DNA of 63,103 bases, filler included, from Candidatus Woesearchaeota archaeon (GTDB taxonomy: Archaea > Nanobdellota > Nanobdellia > Woesearchaeales > J072): the NCBI GenBank assembly GCA_003695265.1. It is 6 parts of 6 records of this genome, joined end to end, with 100 filler letters (N's around TTAATTAATTAA, not from the genome) between each part and the next. Parts side by side here need not be neighbours in the genome. Positions count along the whole stretch, not along the records: positions 45,839 to 54,876 come from RFII01000084.1; positions 54,977 to 57,741 come from RFII01000085.1; positions 57,842 to 63,103 come from RFII01000087.1; 3 more parts are not named here. The stretch is one strand, 5' to 3'. The translations under genes and the position numbers were made by a program. The notes beneath the pieces are model-generated. The model ran no database searches. It had not been told where the DNA came from and saw only the letters and a program-made list of their open reading frames with translations. This document shows positions 49,562-59,370 of the stretch, piece by piece. Position 1 is the stretch's first letter, and each line of letters starts with the position of its first letter.

Positions 49562-50439
49562 TTTTCCTTTACATCCTTGCGTTTCACAGCATTTTTTACA
49601 ATGAGCTTTTCAAACCCGTTATAACAAAAAGTGTTTAGGTCTGAATCAACAGTTAATGCCTTGATTTTCTTGTTTTCATTTATAATCCTTTCTCTTGCTT
49701 TCTTATCTGAAACCATAAGCGCCGTCGCATAAACGTCAGCCTCCTCCAGAGTAGGGGCCACGACTGTCGTTGATACCAGCTCTTTTTTGTTTATTATATG
49801 AGAATTTTCATAATTATTATAATACTGGTTGTAATCTCCTGAAGTCGCTACTGACAAACCCCTAATTTTCAGGGTGCAGATGATTTTGTCTTTGTTCCTT
49901 GGGTGCTGTACATCAACAAGTTCAAAGCGCTGCCCGAAAACTCTTAGGTCGCCCCTCGCATCAATTAATCCGGATAAAACACCTGCATTCATAATGTGCT
50001 CGCTTATCCTGTCAGTTATGTAGCCTTTTGCGATGCTTCCTAGGTCAATGACAGCATCCTCGTTTGATATGATGACTTTATTACCTTTTATCTTGATATC
50101 CTTGTAAGAGCAACTGACAGGGCTTGTTTTAAGCCCGCTCTTCCTCTCCAATACCTGTTTTCCAAGGGTTATGTCATATTGGCCTTCTGTAAGCTCACAA
50201 ACTTTAAGAGCTTTTTTTAACACTTTCAAAAGATCATCAGAGACAACCATTTCTCTTTTTTTGTTGAGGGCTGACAGCTCGCTTGAATCATCAAAGAAAT
50301 TGAATATTCTCTGCAGCCTAAGCGCTAAATCATAAGCACTGCCAGATATTTCTTCGCCAAGAAAAGGCTCAACGTCATACAATATTATTTCCACTTCTTT
50401 TCCGAACAGTTTTTTCTTAAAGAAAAATTCTTTTGCCAT
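49558..50439 (-). CDS. apbE: FAD:protein FMN transferase
   Basis: SELSALN, G.YDIT, IDLGSIAKGY, GDLR, VATSGDY, HII, ADVYATA. Confidence 0.92.
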   Translation of the reverse strand: MAKEFFFKKKLFGKEVEIILYDVEPFLGEEISGSAYDLALRLQRIFNFFDDSSELSALNKKREMVVSDDLLKVLKKALKVCELTEGQYDITLGKQVLERKSGLKTSPVSCSYKDIKIKGNKVIISNEDAVIDLGSIAKGYITDRISEHIMNAGVLSGLIDARGDLRVFGQRFELVDVQHPRNKDKIICTLKIRGLSVATSGDYNQYYNNYENSHIINKKELVSTTVVAPTLEEADVYATALMVSDKKARERIINENKKIKALTVDSDLNTFCYNGFEKLIVKNAVKRKDVKEK

Positions 50440-50503
50440 GAAAGCCAAGTAATCTAATGCTGTTTATAAGTCTTGTGAACGTCACTTCCTAATGTTCTTG
50501 GCT

Positions 50504-51847
50504 TTAAACAAGCTTCTTCCTCAGCCAATCCTTTTTTTTGTAAAAATAAAGCGCGAGAGCCAAAGACAGCGTGTTTGCTGATGGGTAAGCGGCCCAGATG
50601 CCTAGAGCGCCGAAAATTCTTGAGAGAAAAAACCCAATGATAACCAGTGAAAAAGAAAAGAACATGGCCAAAAACATTGAGGTTGTGGTTTTTCCTGATG
50701 CCTTCAAGGTTCCTGTTATGACCATCTGGATGCCTATAAACCCGAACGTCAATGACATTATCCTAATAAAATTTGAGGCCATGGCGACAAGCTCGGGCTC
50801 GTTCGGAACTAAGAAACTGGATATTTGTGATGCAAACACAAACAGGATTATTCCTGACACGAACAAAGTCCAGAACGCTATCTTCATTCCTGCTTTTGCA
50901 ATTTTTTCTGCTCTTGAAAGCTGCCTTGCCCCTAAATTATTGCCTACCAATGAAGTTGTTGCTATTGAAAAGCCGATTGCTGGTATTATTATAAAGCTGA
51001 GTATTCTTGTTCCTATACCAAAGGCAGCAACCACTAGAGTTCCGAGAGCGGAAACAACAAAAGTCATAAGCACCATTCCAAAAGACCTTGAAGACATCTC
51101 AAATGAGGAGGGCATTCCCAACAAGAAAATTTTTTTCACCCAAGAAAACCTTGGCAAAATGTATTTTATCCTGAGCTTAGCGCCTAGCTTTCCGCTTGCG
51201 AGAACGATTAATCCGATAATAGCAGACAGATACTGCGTTATGAGCGTGGCAAGAGCAACCCCTGCAACGCCCATTCCTGGCAAAAACTTCCAGCCGAACA
51301 TGAGCAAAGGGTCAAGAAAAAAATTAAGGATTACAGTGAAAAGCACCACGTACATTGGAAGCTTCACTTTACCAATACTGTTCATTGAAGCCTGAAATAT
51401 CATGTAAGCGAACATTCCAGGGATTGCCGCGAAAAGAATTTTAAGGTAAGCAGTTGCAGGCCCTAAAACAAGAGCGTCTTTTGTGAGGAGTGAAAGCAGG
51501 TAATAAGACGAGAAATAGCCTACCATTCCTAAAATAACCGCAATAATCAAAACAAGGGAGAATGTCTGGCCCAGGCTCAAAGAAACTTTCTCACTGTCTC
51601 CTTTGCCGTTGTACTGCGCGATGAGTATTGAGCCTGCCATTGTCAGCCCCATTGCCAAAGACACCAGGAAGAAAAGTATTGGGAAGCTTAGCGACACAGC
51701 CGCGACTGCCTCCGCACCCAATCTTCCAACCCAGAAAGTGTCAATGAGCTGGTAGACGGTCTGCAGAACATTTGCGAAAATTATTGGGATTGAGATTATT
51801 ATTATTGATTTCAGAATAGACCCTTCCAAGAGATGATTCTTTCTCAT
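50504..51847 (-). CDS. MATE family efflux transporter
   Basis: 12 TM; IDTFWVGRLG, LNFFLDPLL, GVAGVALAT. Confidence 0.93.
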   Translation of the reverse strand: MRKNHLLEGSILKSIIIISIPIIFANVLQTVYQLIDTFWVGRLGAEAVAAVSLSFPILFFLVSLAMGLTMAGSILIAQYNGKGDSEKVSLSLGQTFSLVLIIAVILGMVGYFSSYYLLSLLTKDALVLGPATAYLKILFAAIPGMFAYMIFQASMNSIGKVKLPMYVVLFTVILNFFLDPLLMFGWKFLPGMGVAGVALATLITQYLSAIIGLIVLASGKLGAKLRIKYILPRFSWVKKIFLLGMPSSFEMSSRSFGMVLMTFVVSALGTLVVAAFGIGTRILSFIIIPAIGFSIATTSLVGNNLGARQLSRAEKIAKAGMKIAFWTLFVSGIILFVFASQISSFLVPNEPELVAMASNFIRIMSLTFGFIGIQMVITGTLKASGKTTTSMFLAMFFSFSLVIIGFFLSRIFGALGIWAAYPSANTLSLALALYFYKKKDWLRKKLV

Positions 51848-51946
51848 TTTACTGGGAACAAGGGCAAAGCTTTTTAATCTTTTGCTTTTGGTTTTTGATT
51901 GTGTTTTCCGATACCATTAAATACTTCCTCACAAATTTTTGTTTGC

Positions 51947-53938
51947 ATGAAAAAAGGTGTTTTGCTTTTCGCAGTATTCATGTTGTTTATGTTAACAAAA
52001 GAAGCCATTGCTGAAGAGCCTGCATACAACGTTAAGGAAAGAGTAATGGACTTCAACCTTACCGGAGAAATAAACCTTCACAAGACTTCTCAGGACTGGC
52101 TGCTCAGCCACGTGATTGCAAAGCTGTCCTTTTTTCCAAGAGAGGATTACAGGCAGGAAGTGCTTTCATTAGAAACAATACCAGAATCAACCAACGTGAA
52201 TGGTACGGCATTGCGGTTTTTTTGGAAAGATCCTTTGTTTGAAACGCAGCAGTTCAAGGTTAATGCACGCGTGAAAGCAACGAATAATTTTGTTCCTGTG
52301 AACAAGGTTATCGGCTTCCCATTGCAAAGCTTTGGTGGTGAGGAATATTATTTGCAGCACGGAGAGCACATTGACTCTGAGAATCCTGACATAATCGCAG
52401 TAGCGTCCGAGCTTGCGGAAGGGGAAAGCAACATGTACAACGTCATTTTTAACATAGTAAAGTGGATTGAGGATAACATAAATTACAGCCTGAACACGCT
52501 CACAGCAGAAGTGGCTCAGAGCGCTTCTTGGACTCTGAAAAACAGGTACGGCGTGTGCGACGAAATAACATCTTTGTTTGTAGCAATGCTCAGAAGCTTA
52601 GGAATTCCTGCGAAGTACGTGAGCGGCGTTGCCTACACGAATTGGGATGACCGCAACGACTGGGGGCCTCACGCGTGGGCAGAGGTTTACTTTCCAACAA
52701 TAGGATGGGTTCCTTTTGACTTGACGTACAAGCAGTACGGCTACGTTGACGCCAGCCATATAAAGCTTAAGGAAAGCCTTGACTCCAGCGAGCCCTCCAC
52801 GAATTATGAGTGGCGCGGCAGAAATGTTGAATTATCCACAAAGCCCTTAGACATGAAAGTAAGAACAGTTGACATGGTTCCGGACGAGTATGATGACATA
52901 AGCTTCCAGGCAAAGGTGTCAAAGGAAAGCGTTGGATTCGGCTCCTACAACCTTGTATTTGTTGAGATTGAAAACATGAGGGATTACTTCCAAATAACGG
53001 ATTTTCAGCTGTCAAAGCCGAAAGAGCTCGAGCTTTTAGGCAAAAACAGGAGACTGGTGCTTCTTGAGCCTTTTGAGAAAAAGATAATAACATGGATTGT
53101 GAAAGTGCCAAAGCAGCTGGACAGGCATTCAAGATACATTTTTCCAATAAGCGTTTACACGCAAAAAAACCAGAGCTCAAAAACCGAGTTTGACTCAACT
53201 ATCGATGACGAAACTTACTCCCTGAGCGTTATGGAATCACTGTCAGACAGCCTTGAAGAAAATGAAGAAAAGGTTATCTCAAAGTCATTAGAGCTTAAAT
53301 GCTCTCCTCTAAAAGAGTTCTTTTACACTGACGAAAAGGTCAAGTTTGAATGCAAGCTTAAAAATAAGGGGAACACCTTCCTTCAAGGCATAAAATTATG
53401 TTTTGAGGATTGCGAAACACTTGATCTGGGAATAAGCCAGGAATACACGAAAAACTTTAATGTTACAGAAACAAAACAAGGCATAAAAGAGTATGTTATT
53501 AATGCTTCTAATAGGGAAGTTTCAGAGCAGGACTCATTCATAGTTAAGGTTTCTGACCTGCCAAAAATAAGCATCGCTGATTTAGAGTATCCCGTAAACG
53601 TTTCTTTTGATGAGGAGTTCTCTGTCACGTTTTTGCTGAGAAAAGAGTCAATATCAACGCCGAAAGACGTCAAGCTGAAAGTGAGTTTAGGACATCACAC
53701 AGCAGAATGGAACTTCACAGAGCTTTTGGCAGACAAGCCGTTCAAGATAAGCATGAACGGAAGCATTCTGGAAAAAAGGACTCCTGGCTTAATAAGCTTA
53801 ACCTATAAGGACGCGCGGAACAGGCAGTATTCTGAGGAGGAAAAATTTGGCATAATCCTTAACAGGCTGACTTTCGGGCAGAAGATAAGATTTTTCTTTA
53901 ACAGATTTGCTGCCTGGCTGGCAGGAATACTCTTCTAA
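51947..53938 (+). CDS. Secreted transglutaminase-like protein
   Basis: Signal peptide; GVCDE, HAWAEV, GWVPFD catalytic triad; Ig-like C-terminus. Confidence 0.88.
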   Translation: MKKGVLLFAVFMLFMLTKEAIAEEPAYNVKERVMDFNLTGEINLHKTSQDWLLSHVIAKLSFFPREDYRQEVLSLETIPESTNVNGTALRFFWKDPLFETQQFKVNARVKATNNFVPVNKVIGFPLQSFGGEEYYLQHGEHIDSENPDIIAVASELAEGESNMYNVIFNIVKWIEDNINYSLNTLTAEVAQSASWTLKNRYGVCDEITSLFVAMLRSLGIPAKYVSGVAYTNWDDRNDWGPHAWAEVYFPTIGWVPFDLTYKQYGYVDASHIKLKESLDSSEPSTNYEWRGRNVELSTKPLDMKVRTVDMVPDEYDDISFQAKVSKESVGFGSYNLVFVEIENMRDYFQITDFQLSKPKELELLGKNRRLVLLEPFEKKIITWIVKVPKQLDRHSRYIFPISVYTQKNQSSKTEFDSTIDDETYSLSVMESLSDSLEENEEKVISKSLELKCSPLKEFFYTDEKVKFECKLKNKGNTFLQGIKLCFEDCETLDLGISQEYTKNFNVTETKQGIKEYVINASNREVSEQDSFIVKVSDLPKISIADLEYPVNVSFDEEFSVTFLLRKESISTPKDVKLKVSLGHHTAEWNFTELLADKPFKISMNGSILEKRTPGLISLTYKDARNRQYSEEEKFGIILNRLTFGQKIRFFFNRFAAWLAGILF

Positions 53939-54057
53939 AAGCTACGCTAATCTGTGGTTCTAAGCAGGGAATAAGGAAAGTTGTCTTCTTTGGCAAAGTT
54001 TTTAGTATAGGATCAAGCAAATTTTGTTGTGTTAATTGTCGTGTTTAAAATTTGTTA

Positions 54058-54158
54058 GGTTATAAAAATTGTTTGTTTTAGGAAATTATGAAATTGTTTA
54101 GTCCCGCCCACACCACCCCAACAACACTAGGAGTTGTCACAATTAATCTGGCTTAACC
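54058..54158 (-). repeat. Dispersed intergenic repeat, copy 5
   Basis: TTAGTCCCGCCCACACCACCCC...TTGTCACAATTAATCTGGCTTAAC; extra arm-like AAGCAAATTTTGTTG near 54015. Confidence 0.85.
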
Positions 54159-54196
54159 CAAAAAATAGAAATCTTTATATAACTCCTTATCTCAAT

Positions 54197-54247
54197 ACTA
54201 CATATTTAGTATGTAATGATATGTAATAATATGCTATCGTATGTAGT
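54197..54247 (+). promoter_or_regulatory. Putative RHH operator: TATGTA-like direct repeats at 10-bp spacing
   Basis: TATGTA at 54210, 54220, 54240, TATGCT at 54230, inverted ACTACATA at 54197. Confidence 0.55.
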
Positions 54248-54256
54248 TGGTTTTTG

Positions 54257-54409
54257 ATGAAAGAGCGCATAACAGTAACCCTGGACAAGGATCTGCTTGA
54301 GTGGATTGACAAAAGAATAGAAGAAAAAATATTTGCTAACAGGAGCCACGCGCTCGAATTCTTGATTAAGCGAAAGCAGCTTGAGGAGGCTAAAAATGGC
54401 AGAAAATAG
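54257..54409 (+). CDS. Ribbon-helix-helix (CopG/NikR-like) protein (50 aa, not in ORF track)
   Basis: Manual translation MKERITVTLDKDLLEWIDKRIEEKIFANRSHALEFLIKRKQLEEAKNGRK. Confidence 0.85.
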   Translation: MKERITVTLDKDLLEWIDKRIEEKIFANRSHALEFLIKRKQLEEAKNGRK

Positions 54410-54876
54410 GCTGGGCTTTGTTGAAATCACAATAATCCTGCTGTCTTTAGCTTTCTTAGCAGCGTACTTGTACGAATCAGAAATCACTGGATTCAATGTA
54501 AAGGTTGAAACAAAAACATTAACTGATAATGTTAATTTGGAAATTAAAGAGTCTGGAACATACTCATTGAAGCCGCGCACAGACTTTGGCAGTATAAAGA
54601 GCATTCGCATCTCCGGAAAGGTTATAGGAGATGGTGAAGCAAAGGTTTATGTTGAGCATAAAAACAAGACTTATCTGCTGTTTGACAGCTCATCTCCTGT
54701 GTTTGAAGAGCCAAAAGTAACAGGATTGGTAATATCTGATAACACAAGTAACCTCACAAACCAAACTATGAATAGCACAAATGTAACAGATAATATTAAC
54801 CAGAATGGTGAAGCAACAGGCAACGAAACAAGCACGAACAACACAACATCCAAAAACCCAAACAAAACAAACACAA
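54396..54876 (+). CDS. Surface protein N-terminus (truncated by gap)
   Basis: GGAGG SD; TM then ITGF; N/T-rich linker. Confidence 0.7.
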
Positions 54877-54976
54877 NNNNNNNNNNNNNNNNNNNNNNNN
54901 NNNNNNNNNNNNNNNNNNNNTTAATTAATTAANNNNNNNNNNNNNNNNNNNNNNNNNNNNNNNNNNNNNNNNNNNN

Positions 54977-55492
54977 CTCTAGATACAAGAAGTCTCCGAC
55001 TTCTGCGTCTCTTGCGCCGTTGCTATCATACACAACTCTTGGTGGAGTAATTGTTACGCTTGAGTCATTAAACCTTAAGTACTGCCTGTATTTTGTTGTG
55101 CCCTCGTCTGTTGTTACAGTGCCGCTTTTCAGCATGTCCATATCGTTTTCTGTAAGGACTTTCTTAATATCGCTGATTGGCTCGTTTAGCTCAAGAAGGT
55201 CGCTTCCAGAGATTATTTGGACAGCATCTCCGACTGCGGTAACTGTTGATCCGCCGCCGACAACTGTTTCAGTGACTGACTCTGTCTGAAGGCTTGTTGC
55301 TATGTCAATAGCGCCGATAACGTCTGATACTGCGGCAAATTCACCCAGTACAATCACGAAATCAGCTAAGCCGTCTGTGACGAATGGCTGTGGCCAGTCG
55401 CTGAGGTTTGCGGCGAGTGCTCCAAACATAGTCGCTCCCAGCATTGTTGTGCCAACGCCCAGCGCAACTATTTTCTTAATCGCCTTTCTCAT
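54977..55492 (-). CDS. S-layer protein N-terminus (truncated by gap)
   Basis: IKKIVALGVGTTMLGAT, P.PFV..G, IVLG..AA.SDVIGAIDIA (Methanococcus/Thermococcus-type S-layer N-domain pattern); GGAGGTG SD. Confidence 0.88.
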
Positions 55493-55885
55493 AGTTCTAA
55501 CACCTCCATGTTAATTAAAAGGCTATCCTTATTCCTTTATTGCTTATCTTGCTTTTTTGAGGGAAAAAACAATCAAAACCCTTTGTTTGCAGGCCAAAAT
55601 CCCTGCTCATATATAAAGTTTTTGTCACCACTTCACAAGTCATTACAGCAATAATGCCTTTCTCGACATTATTATTGTTTCTGCTACGTAGCTGATTTTA
55701 TGAAGATATTCCTTTAAATATTTTTCGCAAGCACAAATCTTTAGTTTTTTGCCATTTTCAGGCACAGGGCTTCTAAGTTCAGAATTCGCACATTTGACCA
55801 AGTTGTTACCTTAAAGTTAAAACAATAATCCATTTATAAATAAACGCCAATAATTTGAAAAAATAAAGCACTTTCTTTAAAAATA

Positions 55886-55986
55886 ATCAGGTCGGCTTAA
55901 TTGTGGTAAGCTTTGGTGTTGAGGGGGCGGTGCGGGCGGGACTAAAAAATTTTTATAATCTCCTAATTCAACAAAATTGACTTTAA
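55886..55986 (+). repeat. Dispersed intergenic repeat, copy 6
   Basis: GGCTTAATTGTGGTAAGCTTTGG...GGGGCGGTGCGGGCGGGACTAAAAAA...CAACAAAATTGACTTTAA. Confidence 0.85.
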
Positions 55987-56064
55987 TGGATAGTTCTAAA
56001 AATTAATATTTAGAAAAATATAAAAGGGAAAAGCGTTTCTTAATTAGCAAAAAGAGGTGGTTTC

Positions 56065-56499
56065 GTGGTGAATTTGAAGTTTTGGCAGAGAAAGGACAAG
56101 GACGACTTAAGCAAGGACTTAAGTGACTTTCCTGCGGGAGGCCCTTCTCTTGGCGCGCAGGACCCTTTTTCTGGGTTAGACCCTGCTTCTCAGGGTTTTT
56201 CTCATGAAAGCAGTTCAGGCTTTGGCAATTCAGGTTTTGGCAACATGCCTAGAATGGACAGCATGGAACCAGCTCATTCTCAAATGCAGCCGTCTTCGTT
56301 CGGAAGTTCAGCTCCTCAAATAGTTTCTTCTGGCGTGAATGACAATGATTCTTTTCGCATAATAAAGGAGCTGGAGGTTATTTCGAGCAAGATGGATGCT
56401 TTGAAGGCTGGCATTGACAGCTTGAGCCAGCGCGTCGCAAACCTTGAGCGCATAGCCCAAGGAGAGGTTGATGAGTATAAGAAAAGGCATTGGGGGTGA
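56065..56499 (+). CDS. Hypothetical protein, disordered N-terminus and C-terminal coiled coil
   Basis: GAGGTG SD, GTG start; KELEVISSKMDALKA..LSQRVANLE. Confidence 0.75.
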   Translation: MVNLKFWQRKDKDDLSKDLSDFPAGGPSLGAQDPFSGLDPASQGFSHESSSGFGNSGFGNMPRMDSMEPAHSQMQPSSFGSSAPQIVSSGVNDNDSFRIIKELEVISSKMDALKAGIDSLSQRVANLERIAQGEVDEYKKRHWG

Positions 56500-56505
56500 A
56501 AAAAG

Positions 56506-57180
56506 ATGGTGTTGTATAATTTAATAGGTGAGACCGGCCAATCAATAGCCAACCCTTTAATAGTTTTGTGGAACGGCCTCGTGGATTTTATTCCGGGCTT
56601 TATCGCGGCAATAATCGTGATGGTTCTTGGTTATTACGTTGCGAGCAGCATTGACTGGCTCATTAGGAAAGGGCTAAGCAAAATAAAGTTTGATGATTGG
56701 GTTAAGCATATGAAAATAACTGACTCTGTTGGTGGGATGACGCTCTCAACACTAGTAGGGAAAATAGTGAAGTGGTACGTTTTCATAGTGTTCTTAATAC
56801 CTGCTGTTGAGCTTATTCACCTCGGCAGGCTTTCAGACCTTCTCGCAGGTTTTGTTGAGTGGCTTCCCTCACTCATAATTGGAGTGGTCATTGGTATTTT
56901 CGGCCTGATAATAGCAGACTACGCTGACAATAAGATAAAGCACATAAAGAGAAGGGGAATGCCCACTTTATCGCTGGTTGTGAGAGTAATAATTTATGTT
57001 TTCATAGCAGACCTTGCTCTGCAGCAGATGGGCTTAAGGCTGATGTTTGCCGAGCAGATAATACTGGTTGTGGTGGCTGGCCTTGTTTTGGCTTTGTCGC
57101 TCGCCCTTGGAATCGGCTTAGGGTCTGCTCTAAAGGACGAATCCAAGGCATGGCTGAAAAAAGTGAAAAACAAGTGGTAA
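56506..57180 (+). CDS. TM-helix repeat membrane protein (CmpX/MscS N-terminal-like)
   Basis: Two repeats F/W-[IL]P..I.A/G; LALGIGLG. Confidence 0.8.
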   Translation: MVLYNLIGETGQSIANPLIVLWNGLVDFIPGFIAAIIVMVLGYYVASSIDWLIRKGLSKIKFDDWVKHMKITDSVGGMTLSTLVGKIVKWYVFIVFLIPAVELIHLGRLSDLLAGFVEWLPSLIIGVVIGIFGLIIADYADNKIKHIKRRGMPTLSLVVRVIIYVFIADLALQQMGLRLMFAEQIILVVVAGLVLALSLALGIGLGSALKDESKAWLKKVKNKW

Positions 57181-57192
57181 ACTTTCTTAGTG

Positions 57193-57236
57193 AGGGTTCA
57201 AGGGGAGCTTTCCCCTTGCAAACCTTTTCCTTTTTG
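57193..57236 (+). terminator. Stem-loop with T-tract
   Basis: CAAGGGGA-GCTT-TCCCCTTG with outer AGGGTT/AACCTT, then T-rich. Confidence 0.5.
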
Positions 57237-57354
57237 CACTGAAATATGAATTCTGCAATGCAATAATCTTTAAATACCATTAATATAAGGTGTAAAAGCA
57301 AATTAAACAGAAAAAGCTTATGCTTTAAGATAAAGATAATATAATAGGTGATAA

Positions 57355-57741
57355 ATGATGAGTGATGATGAAAAGGTGAGAAAGCTCGCTGACAGGCTGA
57401 AGAAAGGTGGATTGGCCTCTTCTGAAATGGAGGCTGTCGAGAAGGCTAGAGACATGCTTGGCATTACTGAGAGCATAACAAAAAAGATGTCAGCATCAGG
57501 CTCTGAAAAGAGCAACGGGGAGGATGAGAAAGCTCAAGCAACACAAGATCCTTCTTCTCCATCGTATGATATCACGAGAGAGGAGAAAACGCTTTCTGAA
57601 TTAATGGAAGAAGGTGCAGAGGGTAAAGCAGCTGAAGAAGTGGAGCCGGGCAGTGAGGAAGCAGAAGACTTAGAAATACAAGAAGAAGAGAAACAAGACG
57701 CAGCAGAAGAAACCACGCCACAACAGCAAACTGAAGAAACA
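57355..57741 (+). CDS. Acidic hypothetical protein (truncated by gap)
   Basis: AGGTGA SD; E-rich. Confidence 0.65.
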
Positions 57742-57841
57742 NNNNNNNNNNNNNNNNNNNNNNNNNNNNNNNNNNNNNNNNNNNNTTAATTAATTAANNN
57801 NNNNNNNNNNNNNNNNNNNNNNNNNNNNNNNNNNNNNNNNN

Positions 57842-58357
57842 AGGTAATACAAAGGGGCTTAATACAGTCAAAGATGTCAAGGTACGGCACACTAGCAACA
57901 ATATTAAGCCCCTCTGTATTACCTCCTCTTTTATGACAAACAAAGGCATAGTAATTATAAAAAAAATGACGCCGCTCAGCACAGTCAGCCCCTGCAGCTT
58001 AGCATACCATATGTCAAAGCTCGGGTCCACAAGCCTCGCAGCAAGAGATATTGGAAACAAAAGCCCTAAAAAACATACTGCTGTTCTTATGTCCTCAAGA
58101 TTAAACGTTCTTACTCCGTATGAGCTGAACGGCTTCCTGTCAATCAATTTGTACAACACCAGAAATATTATTGAGAGCAACATTACGTACAACACGCTCA
58201 TGTCATAACTCTTAACAAAAACGGGAATACTCACTCCTGACTTTTGCAGCAGCCCTAAAACATTATTCCACAGCCAGTAAAGACCGTTCCAGAACAAGAA
58301 GCTGCCAAAAAACACTTCAACTATTTCCAGAATGCTCAGCTTAGGCTTCCATCTCAT
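57842..58357 (-). CDS. CPBP/CAAX intramembrane protease (truncated by gap)
   Basis: Several TM helices and EEVIQRG motif; start moved to MRWKP. Confidence 0.65.
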
Positions 58358-59366
58358 TTTTCCAATGCTTATACTTTGAGAGGCCGAGTATTGCTCTGAA
58401 CGTGGTGAACACCTGGCCGTAATTAGGATTGTTCTCGTCAGCAAGCCACTCTCCTGTGGGCTGCTGGGCTTTTATCAGCCTGTCTGATATTGCCTTGAGT
58501 TTATCTAATTTTTGGTATTTGCTTTCTGAAAGCGCGTCAAGAATATTTGCCTGAAGCAGCAAGTCTTCCTTTATGTCATCTTTTTCTGACAGCTCAACAA
58601 GCATTTCCTGCAGAGCTAATAAATCATTCTCATAATCATCAATGTTATTATATTTCTTTAAATCATTCAACACATAAATTATGTGGATTATTATTCCAAC
58701 CTTGTTCATGTTAGTAATATCATCTCTTCCCAAATACCAGTAAGTCTCGTTTAAGATTGCGTTTGTCAAGTTTTTGAGGTATTTCTCTCTTCCATTTATT
58801 GAAAGCAGCCTGATGCACCACGAGTCATCTGCCACGTTTCTCCAAGCCTCGACATCCCCATAATAATTCTGCTCCATCCACGTCCAGTTGTAAATATGCC
58901 TTATTATCTTGTCAGAAATCTTTGTGCTGTTATACATTTGGCCGAGAATGCATGAGCTGTCCAATGCAACTCCTCCAACGTCTTCAGGGCCGCTTGTTAT
59001 CATGTTGTAAATTCCTGATTCCTCCCAAATAGGAAGTATGCTTCGCAGCACTTTATCAGCCCATCTTACCTGAGAATTTATAATGCTATAATCATCCACT
59101 TCCCTGCTGATGTAAACAAGGTCAAAATACGCGTCCTGAATCCTGTACGTAAGCCTGCAACCCTCAATAGGGCATTTTAAATCTTCGCCAGGATAAACGT
59201 ATTCCAAATATATGTCATCAAAGCTTTTGTCAGGCCTCCAAACGCTTTTAAGATACTTTAACCCGTTCTGAATTGACTTTTCAATATCATCATCTGGCTT
59301 GGGAGAACTGCACGCTGACAATGTCAAAACAAGAATTGCGAGTATTGCAAACACCGAGCTTTTCAT
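58341..59366 (-). CDS. Lipoprotein with possible alpha/alpha-toroid (prenyltransferase-like) fold
   Basis: LSAC lipobox; GLKYLKS and LIKAQQPTGEW QW-like motifs. Confidence 0.6.
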   Translation of the reverse strand: MKSSVFAILAILVLTLSACSSPKPDDDIEKSIQNGLKYLKSVWRPDKSFDDIYLEYVYPGEDLKCPIEGCRLTYRIQDAYFDLVYISREVDDYSIINSQVRWADKVLRSILPIWEESGIYNMITSGPEDVGGVALDSSCILGQMYNSTKISDKIIRHIYNWTWMEQNYYGDVEAWRNVADDSWCIRLLSINGREKYLKNLTNAILNETYWYLGRDDITNMNKVGIIIHIIYVLNDLKKYNNIDDYENDLLALQEMLVELSEKDDIKEDLLLQANILDALSESKYQKLDKLKAISDRLIKAQQPTGEWLADENNPNYGQVFTTFRAILGLSKYKHWKNEMEA

Positions 59367-59370
59367 GCTT

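Noticed and set aside
50598..51395. Long antisense ORFs such as 50598-51395 and 30518-31147
   Set aside because: Shadows of well-supported genes on the opposite strand.
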